Shown here: in pieces, positions 1-13,618 of the stretch
Position numbering within the stretch: the first letter of the stretch is position 1
Layout of the letters: each line of letters opens with the position of its first letter
Source of the DNA: Paragordius varius
Taxonomy: Eukaryota > Animalia > Nematomorpha
NCBI GenBank assembly: GCA_964247055.1
Contig: OZ176051.1
Coordinates: 7,812,001 to 7,876,000 of the forward strand
Direction: 5' to 3'
Length of the DNA stretch: 64,000 nt
Translations under genes and position numbers: made by a program
Notes under the pieces: model-generated
Told to the model about the DNA's origin: nothing
The model's input: the letters and a program-made list of their open reading frames with translations, nothing else
Database searches by the model: none

Positions 1-843
1 GTGAACACAAATTATTCATATCAAACTCCTTTTTCCAACAACCTAAGCGAAGGCTATACACATGGATATCACCTTGCAAGAAGCACAGAAACCAAATTGA
101 CTTTATCTCGGTATTCAAAAATATAAATCTACCTTTATGAACGTAAAAACTTACCCTGGTTCTGACTGCTATTCTGATCATAATCTCCTTGTAGCTAAAC
201 TAAAAATTAAAACAGTTTTCTCACGCAACCAAAATTTCAGCATAAACCCAAATTAGATTTCTCTGCGATCTCCCCCGAGTGTCCTTTGTTACTTGAAAAC
301 AGATTTAAAACACTCGAAATAGACGATGACGCTGAAAATCTTTGGAAAACAATACAAAATATCACTAGCACTACAGCCAAAGAATGCATCCCTATCCAAA
401 AATCCCATCTTAACAAAATTAAGCTATCACAAAAAAGTTTAGATTTGGCGGACAAACGGCGCCAAGCTAAACGCAATAATAATATGGCAGAGTACAAATC
501 ACTTAACGCAGAGTTCCAAAAAAGCGCTCGGGAAGACAAAAACGATCACTACAATCAGCTGTGCTTAAAACTAGAAAACGCTGCTAAACATAACAACAAC
601 TACTTTGCTGAAGTAGATCACATTGCTCCACGTAGGTCTAAAATCTACAAAGGCCCAATGAGAAAGGAAGACGGAGATATCATCACAGACAAGAAAAGAC
701 TGGTGGAACAATGGGAACAATATGTATTAAAACAATACGGCTCCAGTCCAACGAACGCCGATAAAAACAGTAAGATCTATCAACATGACCCACCGATCAT
801 CAAAGAGGAAGTTGAATGGGCGCTTAACCATTCCCCAAACAAC
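1..843 (+). mobile_element. Fragment of an RTE-clade LINE (end of AP-endonuclease domain plus linker), frameshifted, truncated before RT; continues beyond the left edge
   Basis: Frame 3 from nt 3 reads EHKLFISNSFFQQPKRRLYTWISP..RNQIDFI. After a frameshift it reads TYPGSDCYSDHNLLVAKLKIK. ORF 286-873 ends PPIIKEEVEWAL. These are typical RTE/BovB-type endonuclease and linker motifs. Confidence 0.85.
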
Positions 844-3800
844 ATGCTGAGATTGCGGGATAAAAAAAATTAATATACGCTAAATTTTGATATCAAATCA
901 AAATATCTTTTAAAAATTGCATGCTTTTTTGAAAATTTAATTTTTAGCTAAATTTTGTTGAAGATTTCATCCTATTTTTAACCATGATGGAAACGGACAA
1001 AAAATATTTTAGATATTATAAATAATGATGCAACATTTCATCACCCCAGAATTTCAATTAACACATTCGTTCGTCTTTATTTTTGTTATATTAATGTTTA
1101 TTTACACATTCACCTCCTTTAATCAAACTAACCTTTAAAACATTTTGAAGTGATAGAAATCAGCATTATATAATTACCGGCACTTTTGTGTTTATTTTAA
1201 AAGGAATAGTTCATTAAGAAGAGCAAAAAATTTAGGACATTCTGAGTCTTCTGCTAAAAATTAAAATTTGGTGAAAATATTGTTTTGCTTTTTATATGTA
1301 GTCTCTATTTTAGTGATATTTTTTGGAATGAAGCATCTAGCTGGTACCAAAATAATTTTATTTTAAAAAAGTATGTGCAAATTTTGCCATTACCATAAAA
1401 ATGTAAATAATTTTCTTAAATCGTAAGAGACATTAGTTTATGTTTAAAATTATAATCAGAATACAAGTTCTCAAAAAACTTTGAAGAAAAGGGCATAAGT
1501 AGTGGCGAGAATGCCTAAAAACTATTTATTAAATATCGTGATTCCTAAAAAGAATTTCAAAAAGTTCGCTAAAATATCGCATTCATATTCATTATAAAGG
1601 TTAAAAGATCCCAAGCAATATTAACAACTTCCCATTTATATTTTATTTATGTTAAACAGCGTACCATATATAATTGTTCAAACAACTCTTCCTAAAATAA
1701 TCTCAATTTTCATTTTAACTCGTTGAAAGCTCATTGTAAAAATTATTTATTCTAATTATTTAAATAGTTTTGTAATAATTGAAATATCTGTCGCCAAGAT
1801 TCAAATATATTTGATTCAAATCATTGAAATCTATTCAGCTTATTTCTATCGAGTTTCTTATTTTAATACTTATGTAAAATATTAATCACGGCAATTTTGG
1901 CATGCTTCTGCAGCTAGTCTATGGCGAAAATTGCATTTTTAGTAATTTATAGTAAAAGCGATTAGATAGTGTATTCGTTAAGATATAGGTGTAAGTTTTT
2001 ATCGATATATGTTTAGCAATATAAAATTTTTAAAGATAAAATATAATATAAAAAAATTAAAAAATAACCACTTTGGCAAAAAAAATTTGTTTAATTACCA
2101 AAAAATTAAACTGAAAATGTTGAAGGCAATATTCTCGATAATTTTGGTAAACATAAATTATATTTTAGATTTCGGTTATCAGCACCAATATTCCAGGCCT
2201 CGCTATTCCTGTCAATGATACATCTACAACCAATGGTCTATACATTTTTTAATTTATACAATATTTTTAAACAAAAATTAACCTCGTACTTAGGGTTTGG
2301 TCTGACAGGTAATGCATTAATGTATGCCTTAGAGACCGTGCATGTAATAACTTACACGTTTATCCCGTGATTTCGATATATTTACATTAAATATTAATGG
2401 TATTGTAAAATTTAATTAATAAAATATCATTTGTGTTTCTCACGATATTTTGAAGGAATTTGAGATTAGACAAATATATTTTTATTTGATTACGACATAT
2501 ATTTCTGGTTGTGATAATGACGGACTGGTTAAGAGATTGCCTTCTTTAAACCTATCATATTATTTGATCCATAAACCAAACACTATTTTACTAAGAATGT
2601 TAGGAACCCCATGGCATAACTGAGGCCATATGGATATTAATTCTCTTAGGTCCCGTATAAGACAAAAAATACTCTCTCACCTTGTTTTAAATACGAAACC
2701 TTATTAAAATGACATGGTTTGAAAATCGAGATCATATTTTAACATAATGACAAGTGTTTCTCCTATAACTGAATTATTCAAGCGCTTAATTAATCCGTGG
2801 ATTGTATCGCTAAATATGCCACCATATACAATAGCGTTTGAAGCAATATATCGCCCAAGTTATAAGATGTAACAATATAATTTTTTGATACCCGTATAAA
2901 AAATTTATATTTGCGTTTTAAATTAAAACATGGGTAATGATTTCATTTTAAACATGGCTTTTTAGTATAAAATCGATAAGAACAAATGGAAATGCTTTTG
3001 GTTATTTTCTATATAAAATAATTAGCAACCTTTTTTGAAAAGTATTCCTGGGTAGAGCCCCTCCTATGTTAAATGCGTCGTCCCCATATAAAACTAAAGT
3101 GTTTGAGCGTCGTTTTGGAAAACTATATGGATTTATTTATGGTTTAAAACATTCTCCGTTCAAAGGCAGTTAGAATCTTTGCAAATTAACCCATTACTGT
3201 CCACTTTATTAGAATTACGCGTCCGAAGAAAAAATCGTGTCTTTAGCCTATATATCTCTCTCTGTTTATTGAAGATATCTTATTAGAAAATCAGAGATTT
3301 TTCGGCGGAAGGTAGCTCTATAATTTTTTGTTACACTAATGATATTGGCGACTAAACCACAACGACGCGTGGTAGTGCACAACTAAAACTAAATTATTTG
3401 AATGGAAAAACGTTATGTTAGGACAAAGCTACTTTTTAAACTGCTTATTACGTAAATAGAGCGAAGAGGCTTAAATGGCTAAATCATATAACTAGCCCGT
3501 TTTTTGTTAGTAATGGCATTCGATAAACCATCATTCCCATTACAAATACAAACTTTAATTTTCCAAAACTTGGATATTAGAACACATATACTTAAATTTT
3601 TACCATTACGTTTAATAAATTGACAAAAATATGAACTAGCTAACGTGATTGTGAAAAAACCACCTTAGGCTATTTGTGCTACACACCTTAATGGAATGGA
3701 AACATATATTCATAAGGTTGAATTATGATTTTTTAGTATAAATAAAAAATATTTAAAATGCTGGCTTCCATGTGAATTTCACCACTTTAATAAACGACTC

Positions 3801-5590
3801 ACATCAGCCCAAGTCAAAATAAAAACGCACAAAATATACGCTATAGATAATTGGCAGTTTTCGGACCATATTTGCAAATAAAATTTAAAATTATATTATG
3901 ATAATATTTAACATAAAATCTTCTGCTTTCATCATTATATTTGACGGATGATTATAATGAAATGGAAGTGTTCGTATTGAATTTATTTATAGTTTTAAGA
4001 TAAAAGTGAAACGGTTAATAAAGACCGGAACAATTAATATTTTTACTCTCAGGCCTTTTAAAAACAGGTATAAATGTTCGTAAAAATTTATTATAAATAT
4101 AACTATGCTAGTGTTATCAAAATATTATGGTAAAAATTGATATTATACGGACAAAAAGTAAAAATTGAAAGACAAATATTCTTTTTTAAAGTGAGCAACT
4201 ATACTTTTTAAATCTTAAGTATTTTAAACATAACTTTTGAACTGTAACATATAAAATAGAGACGCATATTGGTATCATAATCAATGACATATTTTAAATG
4301 GATATTTCAATTTTACTGTATTTAAATTAATTAATTTATTTTAAATCTAAGTATATCTCTTGGCTAATGGATTGTGGATTCAAATAATAAGGGGGGAACC
4401 AAATTTGACAAAAATACTGGAACCGGAATCGCTTATCAAATTTGTAACTTGAAACAAAAAGCGACAAGGATAAAAATTATTAGTAAGCACGAGTAAAAAT
4501 ATATTATAAAAGTTTTTATAAATTTTAGTTACAACAAAAAATCCATCAAGTCTCTACCAAATACGATTAGGAAATATAACCTGTTATCCTACACCAACAA
4601 ACTATGTCTGTGTTAGGATATAAATCGAGCAAAAGTGTTTCAATGCTAAATAATTTTGCATCCAATAATTTTTTATAACATTATTAATGCAGACAAACAC
4701 ACCTAAATTACACATATTTTCAATATGTAAGTTGAGTTTTGCAACATATGCGTAATCAATCGATATTCAAAAAGTTTATTCAATATACGCACGCATGCAA
4801 TTTCAAAATTTACCCAATGTTAATTATGTAGTATAAATATTTTTAATTCAAAATCATAGATGTCGTCGATAAAAATATCGATTTTTCATCAAAATAATAA
4901 TAGACAACGTAATTTATGAATTACTTTTTAAAAATACATAAGTGTAGTTATTAAATTTTAAATTATAATCTAATTTATTTTTTTTCTCACAATAAATGCC
5001 TCCAAATGAAAGTTAATTTGTAGAAAAATGAAAATATGCGTAGAAAACGTATAGTTTGGCAATTTTTTAGAATGGCAATATAAATATTAAAATTTAAGTT
5101 AAGTAGTAAATTGTGTATAAATATGTAAAAAATATCGTAAAATTACAAAAACAATGCAAAATACATATACCAAAAGTCAAAATTTGTTTGATGAAACAAT
5201 TGTTTACAAAAAAGTATTTTAATAGGTGAAATATGTATAAATATAGTAAAGCACGCAATCATATACATATTATTATAATATACAATTTAATTATCAAATA
5301 AATTAAAATTTGAATAGAAGTTTTAGAGACTTGGCTAATTGGAAAGAAATATTACAGTTAACTTTTAAAATATATTATACAATTAAACTAAAATGAGATT
5401 TGTACATTATTATAAATACATTTATATATTGGGTAATTAATTAAATGAATTAATAATAAGGCAAAAAATTTTTCAATCGGTTGGTAACGGTATTCATTAA
5501 ATGGATGCAATATTGATTAATTTTAAATGAGCAAGTATATGTAAACTTAATGCCAACATTGGATAGAATAGGTAAGAATCTGACCTTGTT

Positions 5591-6065
5591 TCAATAATCT
5601 TGGTCTCGTAAGTAACAACCCAAAGTTTCAACTGTATTTGAACAGGAACCAGGCTGGATATTTTTGTTGTATGTGGCAATAATTAATGCTAAAATATAAA
5701 CGTTATTATAGAATATAAATAATAAAAGGCATGATACAACAAATAATTTACTTAAATTTGTTTTAGCAATTATTACGCCACCGTTACCCAACTTAAGACG
5801 CATAACATCGGAAGCGCATGATTGATAAATATATTTTTGACCACATAATCTAACACCATTGGACATAAGTTTATCTGGCTTTTCAAATCCATTTATAATA
5901 TCTTGAAGTTCTTGTTCCGAAGGCTAAATATAGATATAGCAATACCTTAAAATTAGGTGTGGACGCCCATATATCCAAATTTTTTAATCCAACAAAAGCA
6001 GCTTGATCAACATTACCTGAAGCTAGTAAATGATCAGTTATATATAAATCCCATGATTCGGCCAT
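5591..6065 (-). CDS. PFN: Profilin, 129 aa; exons 6065-5946, 5923-5752, 5688-5591; introns 22 nt and 63 nt
   Basis: Spliced protein MAESWDLYITDHLLASGNVDQAAFVGLKNLDIWASTPNFK/PSEQELQDIINGFEKPDKLMSNGVRLCGQKYIYQSCASDVMRLKLGNGGVIIAKTNL/TLIIATYNKNIQPGSCSNTVETLGCYLRDQDY is colinear with invertebrate profilins. Exon sum 390 nt. Confidence 0.95.
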
Positions 6066-7098
6066 CAAAATTATTTTATAATAGTCAAATTACAGGAAAT
6101 TGATTGGCTAACAACTATCTTATGTTATATTATTTCGGATGGTTAACCTGCTGAATAATTTGTTTATACTTGCTGGCGTATTTACATTGCGTCCGAGTTC
6201 GTGGTGTATAAAAATATCCTTATAAATATATAAAGAAATATAATAATTTATCAGAATAATTATAATTCTTTTGGTTTTATTTTTACGAGTTTAAGAAATT
6301 TAAACTTTTGTGGTAAATCCAGAAAATGGCAAATGCCCACATTTTGCTACATAACATTGACTAAACTTCATTTTAAATATCACTAATATATATCATAATT
6401 TATTTAAAGCAAAATATTTTTTATTAATTTTAATTTTGGATATAGACCCCAAAAGTCTTAATTTTCAAGCCCTAAATGAAAAGTTTCCTAAAAGTAAACA
6501 CAGTCAATATTGAAAAATATGTATTAAACACTGACAACGAAAAATTTCCGAAAAAATGGATATTCTGCTTAAAAATTCAAATTTTTTAAAATTTTGGTCA
6601 AGCGAATTTCGGTATTTTGAAGCATGGTGGAAACAAACCATTAAATCATCCATCAATGCAGAACATTTCTATTCTTTTATTTCAAATTTCGATAGTTTAT
6701 TTGTTGTAATGTTTAATTCTGGTATCAGATATGTTTAGTCTCATCGAATTATAAAAAATTTGCTTTATATACTGCGTCCAAATTACTGGTATAAACATAA
6801 CCTCATGAACGATATAGATCTGATAAGAAAATGTATCAGGATTATCAAGTGCTGTTAGTATTGGCCGTTAGTGAAAAAAAGAAGGTTATTTACAATTTTG
6901 TGGTAAGCGGTCCATATGGCAAAATAAAAGCATTGGTATTTAATTCCAAAAAAAATATATCATACTCAGGTTATTAAAAGCAAAACAATATATTTAAAAT
7001 ATTTTAAAATGTGAGCTCCGTAAAGTCCAAAATTTTTTTGCTCTTCTAAAATGAGCTAGTTGTAAAATAAACGCAAAAATGCCTGGATTGACGATAAA

Positions 7099-7377
7099 CA
7101 CTTGGATACAACAAATTTATTTCCCTGCGATTCAAATTAGAGTAGTTATATACCCCAGGCCTGTTTAAATTAAATATTTAAAATGTAAAAAATATTGAAA
7201 CCATAGTAAAAGTTGCACTTATAAAAAACCGAATATAAAAGAATAATTCAAAAATACTATTATTTATTTTAAGGTAAAACCGGTTAAAAATTTAGTCAAT
7301 TTATTTGTGCATGAGCAAAATTTTAAAAATGATGAAATATAAACCATTTTCTTTTCATCAATGTTAGATGTGATTTA
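7099..7377 (+). mobile_element. Partial copy of TTAA-flanked MITE family A
   Basis: Begins CACTTGGATACAAC and follows the first ~280 bp of the complete copies at 21661 and 41395. Confidence 0.75.
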
Positions 7378-7378
7378 G

Positions 7379-7893
7379 CACTTCGATCCAAATTGGGGTA
7401 TATAAATACCCCAGGCTAAATTGAAGTTAGGTTTCAAAAACTATTGAAGGAAACACCAATTTAAATATATGTTTCTATCCTAATAAAAATTAAAAAAATA
7501 TGCCAAAATATCTAAATAAAATTTTGAGTTCCATGTCAAACTACTTCGACGCCATTTTTATTTGGGTAAAATTTATTTTTTTATTTAAATTACATCTAAC
7601 ATTGATAATAATAGAAAAAGCGGCTTATTTTGTATAATTTTCAATTTTATTATTGCACACGTGTCACGTTGACCAAATTTTTACCTTTCGGTTTTAACTT
7701 AAAAACAATATCAAGTATTTTTGAATAAACTTTTTTATATATTTCGGTTTAATAATGTTATATAAGTGCAAAATTTTGCCATGGTTTCAATTCCTTCCAT
7801 ATTTTTTAAAGAATTTAATCTTAAACAGGCCTGGGGTATTTAACTACCCCATTTTGAATCGAAGGACTAAAATAAATGTGTTGTATCCAAGTG
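7379..7893 (-). mobile_element. MITE family A (piggyBac-like, non-autonomous), inverted copy
   Basis: Termini CACTTCGATCC ... GTATCCAAGTG followed by TTAA; subterminal GGGGTA-N6-TACCCC motif at both ends. Confidence 0.8.
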
Positions 7894-7974
7894 TTAAATT
7901 AAATATAGTCTTACCCCCAACAAATCGAACTGTTAATTACAGTGTGCAATAAAATTTGGGGCTGATTTTCTGGT

Positions 7975-8265
7975 TCCCAATTTTTTAATATTTTCTGATT
8001 CCTTATGCTATTGTGGTCACATTTGTGAATATTTTACTTATTAAGCTCGTTTTCGAGAAATAAGGACTTTTTCCGAATTCGGACATATCCAACATTTTCT
8101 CGTTTGTAAATATTTTTCTCTAGGCAAACAAATATGTGGCTTATTTAAATATTTTTACGAAAGATCACCAATTTATCTTCAAAATAAAAAAAGATAACGC
8201 AAAATATCTAATTTTTGTTCGGGACAAAAACCCTCAAAAATTGGGTAACTTAACATTTTTTGACG
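7975..8265. repeat. Dispersed repeat family B, copy 1 (inverted relative to 11628-11920)
   Basis: Continuous similarity to the reverse complement of 11628-11920 (e.g. CCAACATTTTCTCGTTTGTAAATATTTT vs AAAATATTTACAAACGAGAAAATGTTGG). Confidence 0.8.
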
Positions 8266-8314
8266 TTATTATCTTAAATAAAAACTAACTTTATTTTATG
8301 TTTTTGGATGTATA

Positions 8315-9114
8315 CAGTAGCGTATGCAGTAAAAGATTGTTAGTGCGCAATAATTTAAAATCACAAAACAGGGGGATATTATGGATAGTGTATACAAAAT
8401 CAGGGAAGAATCTTGGTGTATGTAAAATGCGCATTTGGTTTTTGTAAAATTGCGATGAAAAATTGTAAAAATATTAGTGAAACATTATTTCCCAAAAAAT
8501 GTTAATTTTTCATTTCATGGTACAACACTCGTGATTTGAATTATGGAACTGTATACAGATACAATTAGAAATTATAGAAGATCTTTATTTAAATTATTAC
8601 TTGCTTTTCTCAATCTATTTAAAAGTGAATAAGCGTGAGGTGAAAAATTAAAGGAATTTTATTTGGGGTTTTTTGTAGTTAAAAATAAATTACATAAGTT
8701 TACTTGTTAAATGCATTACTTATATTATTTTTATTAACCTCTATACATTATTAACTGCTAAACTTATAGATTTCTTAATTTTTAGTAATTTTCACAACAT
8801 CTAATCTTCTAGTAACGTTATCTAAATTGGATATATCTTGTAATACATTACTAGAAGTTTGTTGAATATTTGGTATTGTGGTTTCATATTCCTCTAGGTA
8901 TTCATAAACATTTAATAAATTTTCAATAAACATCACAAATATTTCTCGCAAAAAATTTATTGGCTTTTCAATACCAAATGTGCCGCCCAAATGTCCTCAA
9001 TTTTCATATTTTGATTATCATTCAGTCTTATTTATAAACATATCCATAATATCCCCCTGTTTTGTGTTTTTTAGAATATTTTGCACCAACAATCTTTTAC
9101 TGCACACGCTACCG
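8315..9114. mobile_element. Tc1/mariner-type non-autonomous element, ~800 bp, ~75-bp imperfect TIRs, TA target duplication
   Basis: TA|CAGTAGCGTATGCAGTAAAAGATTG...CAGGGGGATATTATGGATA at the left end is mirrored by TATCCATAATATCCCCCTG...CAATCTTTTACTGCACACGCTACCG|TA at the right end. Confidence 0.8.
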
Positions 9115-9574
9115 TAATACTGTTTACTTAAATATAAATATCATTGTGTAATATTATTTTTAAAAATAAATTTCATTTCTACACCTTTTTTGCTGTTTTT
9201 TTATGTAAAAAAAACTAAAATTTACTCAGCTGTATTACTATCTTTTTTACATCTGATATTTATGAATATTTACCATATATGTTTTCAACAATACTATATT
9301 TTATGCCTTAAAATATAATCCTAACTATAAATTTAGGATGACTGACGGGTAAAAATTTTGAAAACAAAAAAACGCTTTAAATATTATATTTTTTCTTTGT
9401 TTTATACATTCTTATAAAATAAACAATATATCGATTAGCAGCTAAAGATGTAAAATAAATACCATGACCAAGTACCCAATCGCAACAATTTGACGTCAGC
9501 TAATAGATTACCTTTCACTATGGTCGTATTTTACTGTACAGAATATATCATAATGGACAATATGCCATTTATAT

Positions 9575-10150
9575 ATTTGTCAAAATGGAAAGTGGTGGCT
9601 TTGTGATCTGTTTCTGGAAAACCGGTGGACCCATTCAAATCCAAATATCGAATCAATATAATCATTAATAAATGCCCCGACAATAGCTTCGCCCTTTTTT
9701 ATTAAGCCCCAGTTTGGGCCCACCCCGTAGAAAAATGGGTTTTTTTGAAAACAGAAGTCCACAAAAATCGTGTCTTTGAGACAATTTTCCGGAAAACGTG
9801 TTGGACCATTCGATTTCACATATATTTTTTTTACTTATTTTCGATTTCGCCGAACATAGTCGGCTCGCTTTTTTAATTTAGGCCCACTTTTTATCCGCTC
9901 CTCCCGTAAAATGCCATTTTTTCCAAAAAACAAAGTCCACAAAAATAATTTTTTGAATCCATGAGACCGTAAAAATTCAATAAGGATTCCACGTATTCCC
10001 TTTTAAAAGGCAAAAATTTTAGTCAAGCGTTTTTTTGATGATAGCTGCTAGTAAGGAGCTATCCGCTAAAAACTGATCCGTCATATCAAAATAGTGTGCC
10101 TTTGGAGCTAAATTTCAGAAAATTTATCAAGCCATATGAGTTCAATAACT
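9575..10150 (+). repeat. Internal fragment of repeat family D (same sequence as ~47146-47735)
   Basis: Long colinear match, e.g. GGCTTTGTGATCTGTTTC..GAAAACC, GTCCACAAAAATCGTGTCTTTGAGACAATTTTCCGG and GAGACCGTAAAAATTCAATAAGGATTCCACGTATT occur in both copies. Confidence 0.9.
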
Positions 10151-10214
10151 TATATATTTAATACATATCGTTATCAATGTAAAATAAAAAAAATAATTTT
10201 CCTAAAAATTTTTA

Positions 10215-10650
10215 AAAACCGCAAACTATAGTAATTTTTACCTTAATTAATAACAATTAGCAAGGTGGAACAAAAAATTAAAGACCTTATTAAATATATT
10301 AAACACCGCAATTTTTACCTGTATATATTTAAATGTCCAAGAAATTAATTACAATTAACAATGTTAAATAAAAAAACAAAAATATTAAATTTAATTAAAC
10401 TTATTGCAATTTTTGCCTGTATTTATTAAAATGTCCAAAATATGTAGTAATTAATTAAAATTAACAATGTTAAATAAAACTTACAAAAAATCTAAATTTG
10501 ACTATATTTATTAAAAACGGCAATTTTACCCGCATATTATAAATAATTAACAATGCAAAACCTAAAAAACAAAAATAATCTAAAATCTACATTACACAAA
10601 CCTTTATATATTTACCTGTTTTTTTAATTAATAATAACAACATTTTGCAT
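10215..10650. repeat. Degenerate tandem array, ~100-bp unit, about 4 copies
   Basis: Recurring blocks GCAATTTTTACCTGTAT...AAATGTCCAA...TTAACAATGTTAAATAAAA. Confidence 0.6.
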
Positions 10651-10687
10651 ACCGGTATTTATCATGTTGAAAGTAAATTATTCAATT

Positions 10688-11253
10688 TACTTCGATTTAA
10701 ATTGGGTCTAAATACCCTAGACTAAATTTAAATTAATATTATTAAAAAACTATTGAAGAAAACGGTCCCAATTATAATTATGCTTCTATCCTGATAAGAA
10801 TTATATAAATATGCCAAAATATCTTGAAATTTTGTTTTGAAAAAAATTCCATCTCAAACTACTTCGACGCCATTTTTATTTTACAGAATTTTTGCAAAAT
10901 ATCGTCTTCATTTAATTTTAATGGTAAAACTAAAGCTATTTTTTTTTTATATAAATTACATTTAACATTGTGATAGAAATAGAAAAAGCGGTTTATTTTG
11001 TATTATTTTTTAATTTTACACATGTCACGTTGACGAAATTTTTACCTTTCGGTTTTAGCTTAAAATAAGTAATATCAAGTATCTTTGAATTAATTTTTTT
11101 TTATATTTCGGTTTATTGTTTAAAAGTGCAAAATTTTGCCATGGTTATGATTCCTTCCATACTTTTTAAAAAATTTGATTTTAAACAGGCCTGGGGTATT
11201 TAACTACCCCAATTTGAATCGAAGGACTAAAATGAGTGTGTTGTATCCAAGTG
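10688..11253 (-). mobile_element. MITE family A, inverted copy
   Basis: ACTTCGATTTAAATTGGG at the left end; GTTGTATCCAAGTG|TTAA at the right end; interior matches the other copies. Confidence 0.85.
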
Positions 11254-11627
11254 TTAATTACGAATGATTAATATAAATAAACCTAAAATACCTATTATAT
11301 TAATATATTAAAGATCAAAACCCACAAAACTCAGCATCTAAATACGTATCAACAATAAATTCAAATGTTAACATAAAAATTGCTATAAATATTCTCAAAA
11401 TTTAACATTACAAAATACCATCAAATTAAGCCTATGTTAATTCTCTCGTCCTCTTTCATAAGTGTGCTAAGAAATAGTTTTGTGGAGCAGCATTTTACGC
11501 ATTTGATAAACCATTTATGTTTTTGACTGGCAATAAAATTACTTAACATACATTAAAATGCATACTGTAACATCCAAAAACTTTAAATAAAGTTTGTTTT
11601 TATAATAAGATGATAAAAATATTTGTG

Positions 11628-11920
11628 TCAAAAAATATTAAGTTACCCAATTTTTTAGGGTTGTTGCCCCCTAGATCAAAATGTATTAGATATTTTGAGT
11701 TAATTTTTTTATTTTGAATATAAATTGGTGATATTTTATAAAAATATTTATATAAGCCACATATTATTTGATTACCTAGAGGAAAATATTTACAAACGAG
11801 AAAATGTTGGATAATCCAAATTTGGAAAAAGTCCCATATATCGAAAACGAGCTGGATAAGTAAATTTTTTTCCTAAATCTGATCACAATACGATAAGGAA
11901 TCAGAAAATATTAAAAAAAT
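11628..11920. repeat. Dispersed repeat family B, copy 2
   Basis: Reverse-complement match to 7975-8265. Confidence 0.8.
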
Positions 11921-13618
11921 AAGATCCAAAAGTTGTGTCACAGTGTTATATGCTAAATTGACACCAAAAAATATTTTTTAAAAAATATATACTTTTTACC
12001 ATTAAATTTAAAAATCTTTTTTAGTGCTATTTTTGGGCTAATGGAAACGGTAAAAGACGCTGTTAGATATTATAAAAAGCCCTATTCTATATAATTTCAT
12101 AATACTACATTTCTGTCGCTTTAGAATTTTAATTAAAAGGTTCGTGCTTTAAATTTTAGTGAATATTTAAGATAAAACATAATTTTTACATAAATTTGAA
12201 GATGAACGAATATTTTAATTTTCCAGAGGTGATCAAAATGTTCAGCATAATCAAACTTAGAATAAGTGTTTTACAAATAAAAGCGTTATGTTTCAATCTT
12301 GCCTAATAGTATAAAGTACGCTTCGACAACATTTCGCTAAAAATCAAATTTTGTGCGTGTGCTTATTTTTTAAAATATTTTTTTGATATCTATAGCATAA
12401 ATTTAGTTTATCGCGATATCCAGGCATTTTGCGTTCATTTTAAAAAAGCGACAAAATTTGGTACTTTCGCACATCTAAATATTAAAAGGTATTTATTCTT
12501 TTTATAGGTATTTTATCATATATTTAAACGATATTTTTTGGAGTGAAGCATTAGCTTTCACTAATAGAATTTTATTTAATTAATGTGCTCTTGCCATTTT
12601 CTGATATGGAGCTACAAAATCGTTAATAACTTTATATCTGTCATAGGGGACAAAGCCAAAGAGACCACAACTGATACATCTTCCTATCAGTATATATTCA
12701 TCCGGTGATTTTTACCCTCGATTTTGGATGCAGTGTTATCTAATGCATATATGTAAAATCGGATAAATTATTAACTTTATTTCTAAAATAAGGAATATCA
12801 ATTTTTTAAAGGTTTTTATTTATATTTCCCTGCATGTGAAATGCAAATTTTTGCAATGATTTCAATTTGTTCCATATTCTTAGTACTAAATTATTTTAAA
12901 AAGGCTCGGGTCCCTATAGGCTCCAATTTTCCGGGCTAAAATAAATATTTGCCAAATGTTAAATTAATTTATAGCAATGTTGTAGAGTACTCATAATTTC
13001 GAAGATTTACGAAATGATAAAAGCTATAAGATTTGAAAAGCACTTTTTGATCTAATACAATGATTTTATTTATATTTTATTAAATTTTCGATTAAAATAT
13101 TTTGCCTTCAATTTGTGCTAAAAAAATTCAGTCAAAATTAAGATAATCCCTAAGAAAGTTCTAAAAACTACCCCATTTTGAAGATCGTAAAATTTGGCAC
13201 CTACCGAACCGACATCTAAAATTAATATTTTTTAAAATTATTTTGCTCTTTCTGTGTAGTTTATGATATATAGTGTATAAATCAAATAAACCATGGTAAA
13301 AGCTGCTTATATAAAGATAAAAAAATTAAAAAAAAATGATTTAAAAAAGGGCGGCGAAAAAGTTGGTGATTATCATATTTTTACAACAAAAATATTTTAG
13401 TATTATGCGCCTAAAAGGCTAAAGAACGCATATTTTCAAATTTGGTCCAATGCTAAAAATAAGATTAAATTTTAAATGGCCGTGGATTACCCAAAGGTTA
13501 TAAGGTGTAAATTGCAATTTAAACATATCATTTCTAAAAATTTATAACCAAATAAATTACTAAACCTCAATAATGGCAAATTATTTTAAAACAGCTGCAT
13601 GTCTATACGTGTTGATTG

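Noticed and set aside
237-539. Antisense ORFs over real coding or TE sequence (also 17498-17767, 19237-19548, 23408-23593, 29684-29971, 36975-37259, 37937-38146, 38588-38872, 39072-39293)
   Set aside because: Shadow frames of the opposite-strand CDS or LINE.
5689-5751. ORF track reads through a hydrophobic insert in profilin (LFVVSCLLLFIFY), suggesting a membrane-anchored isoform
   Set aside because: It is a 63-nt GT-AG intron; T-rich introns translate as hydrophobic by default, and the insert would disrupt the profilin fold.
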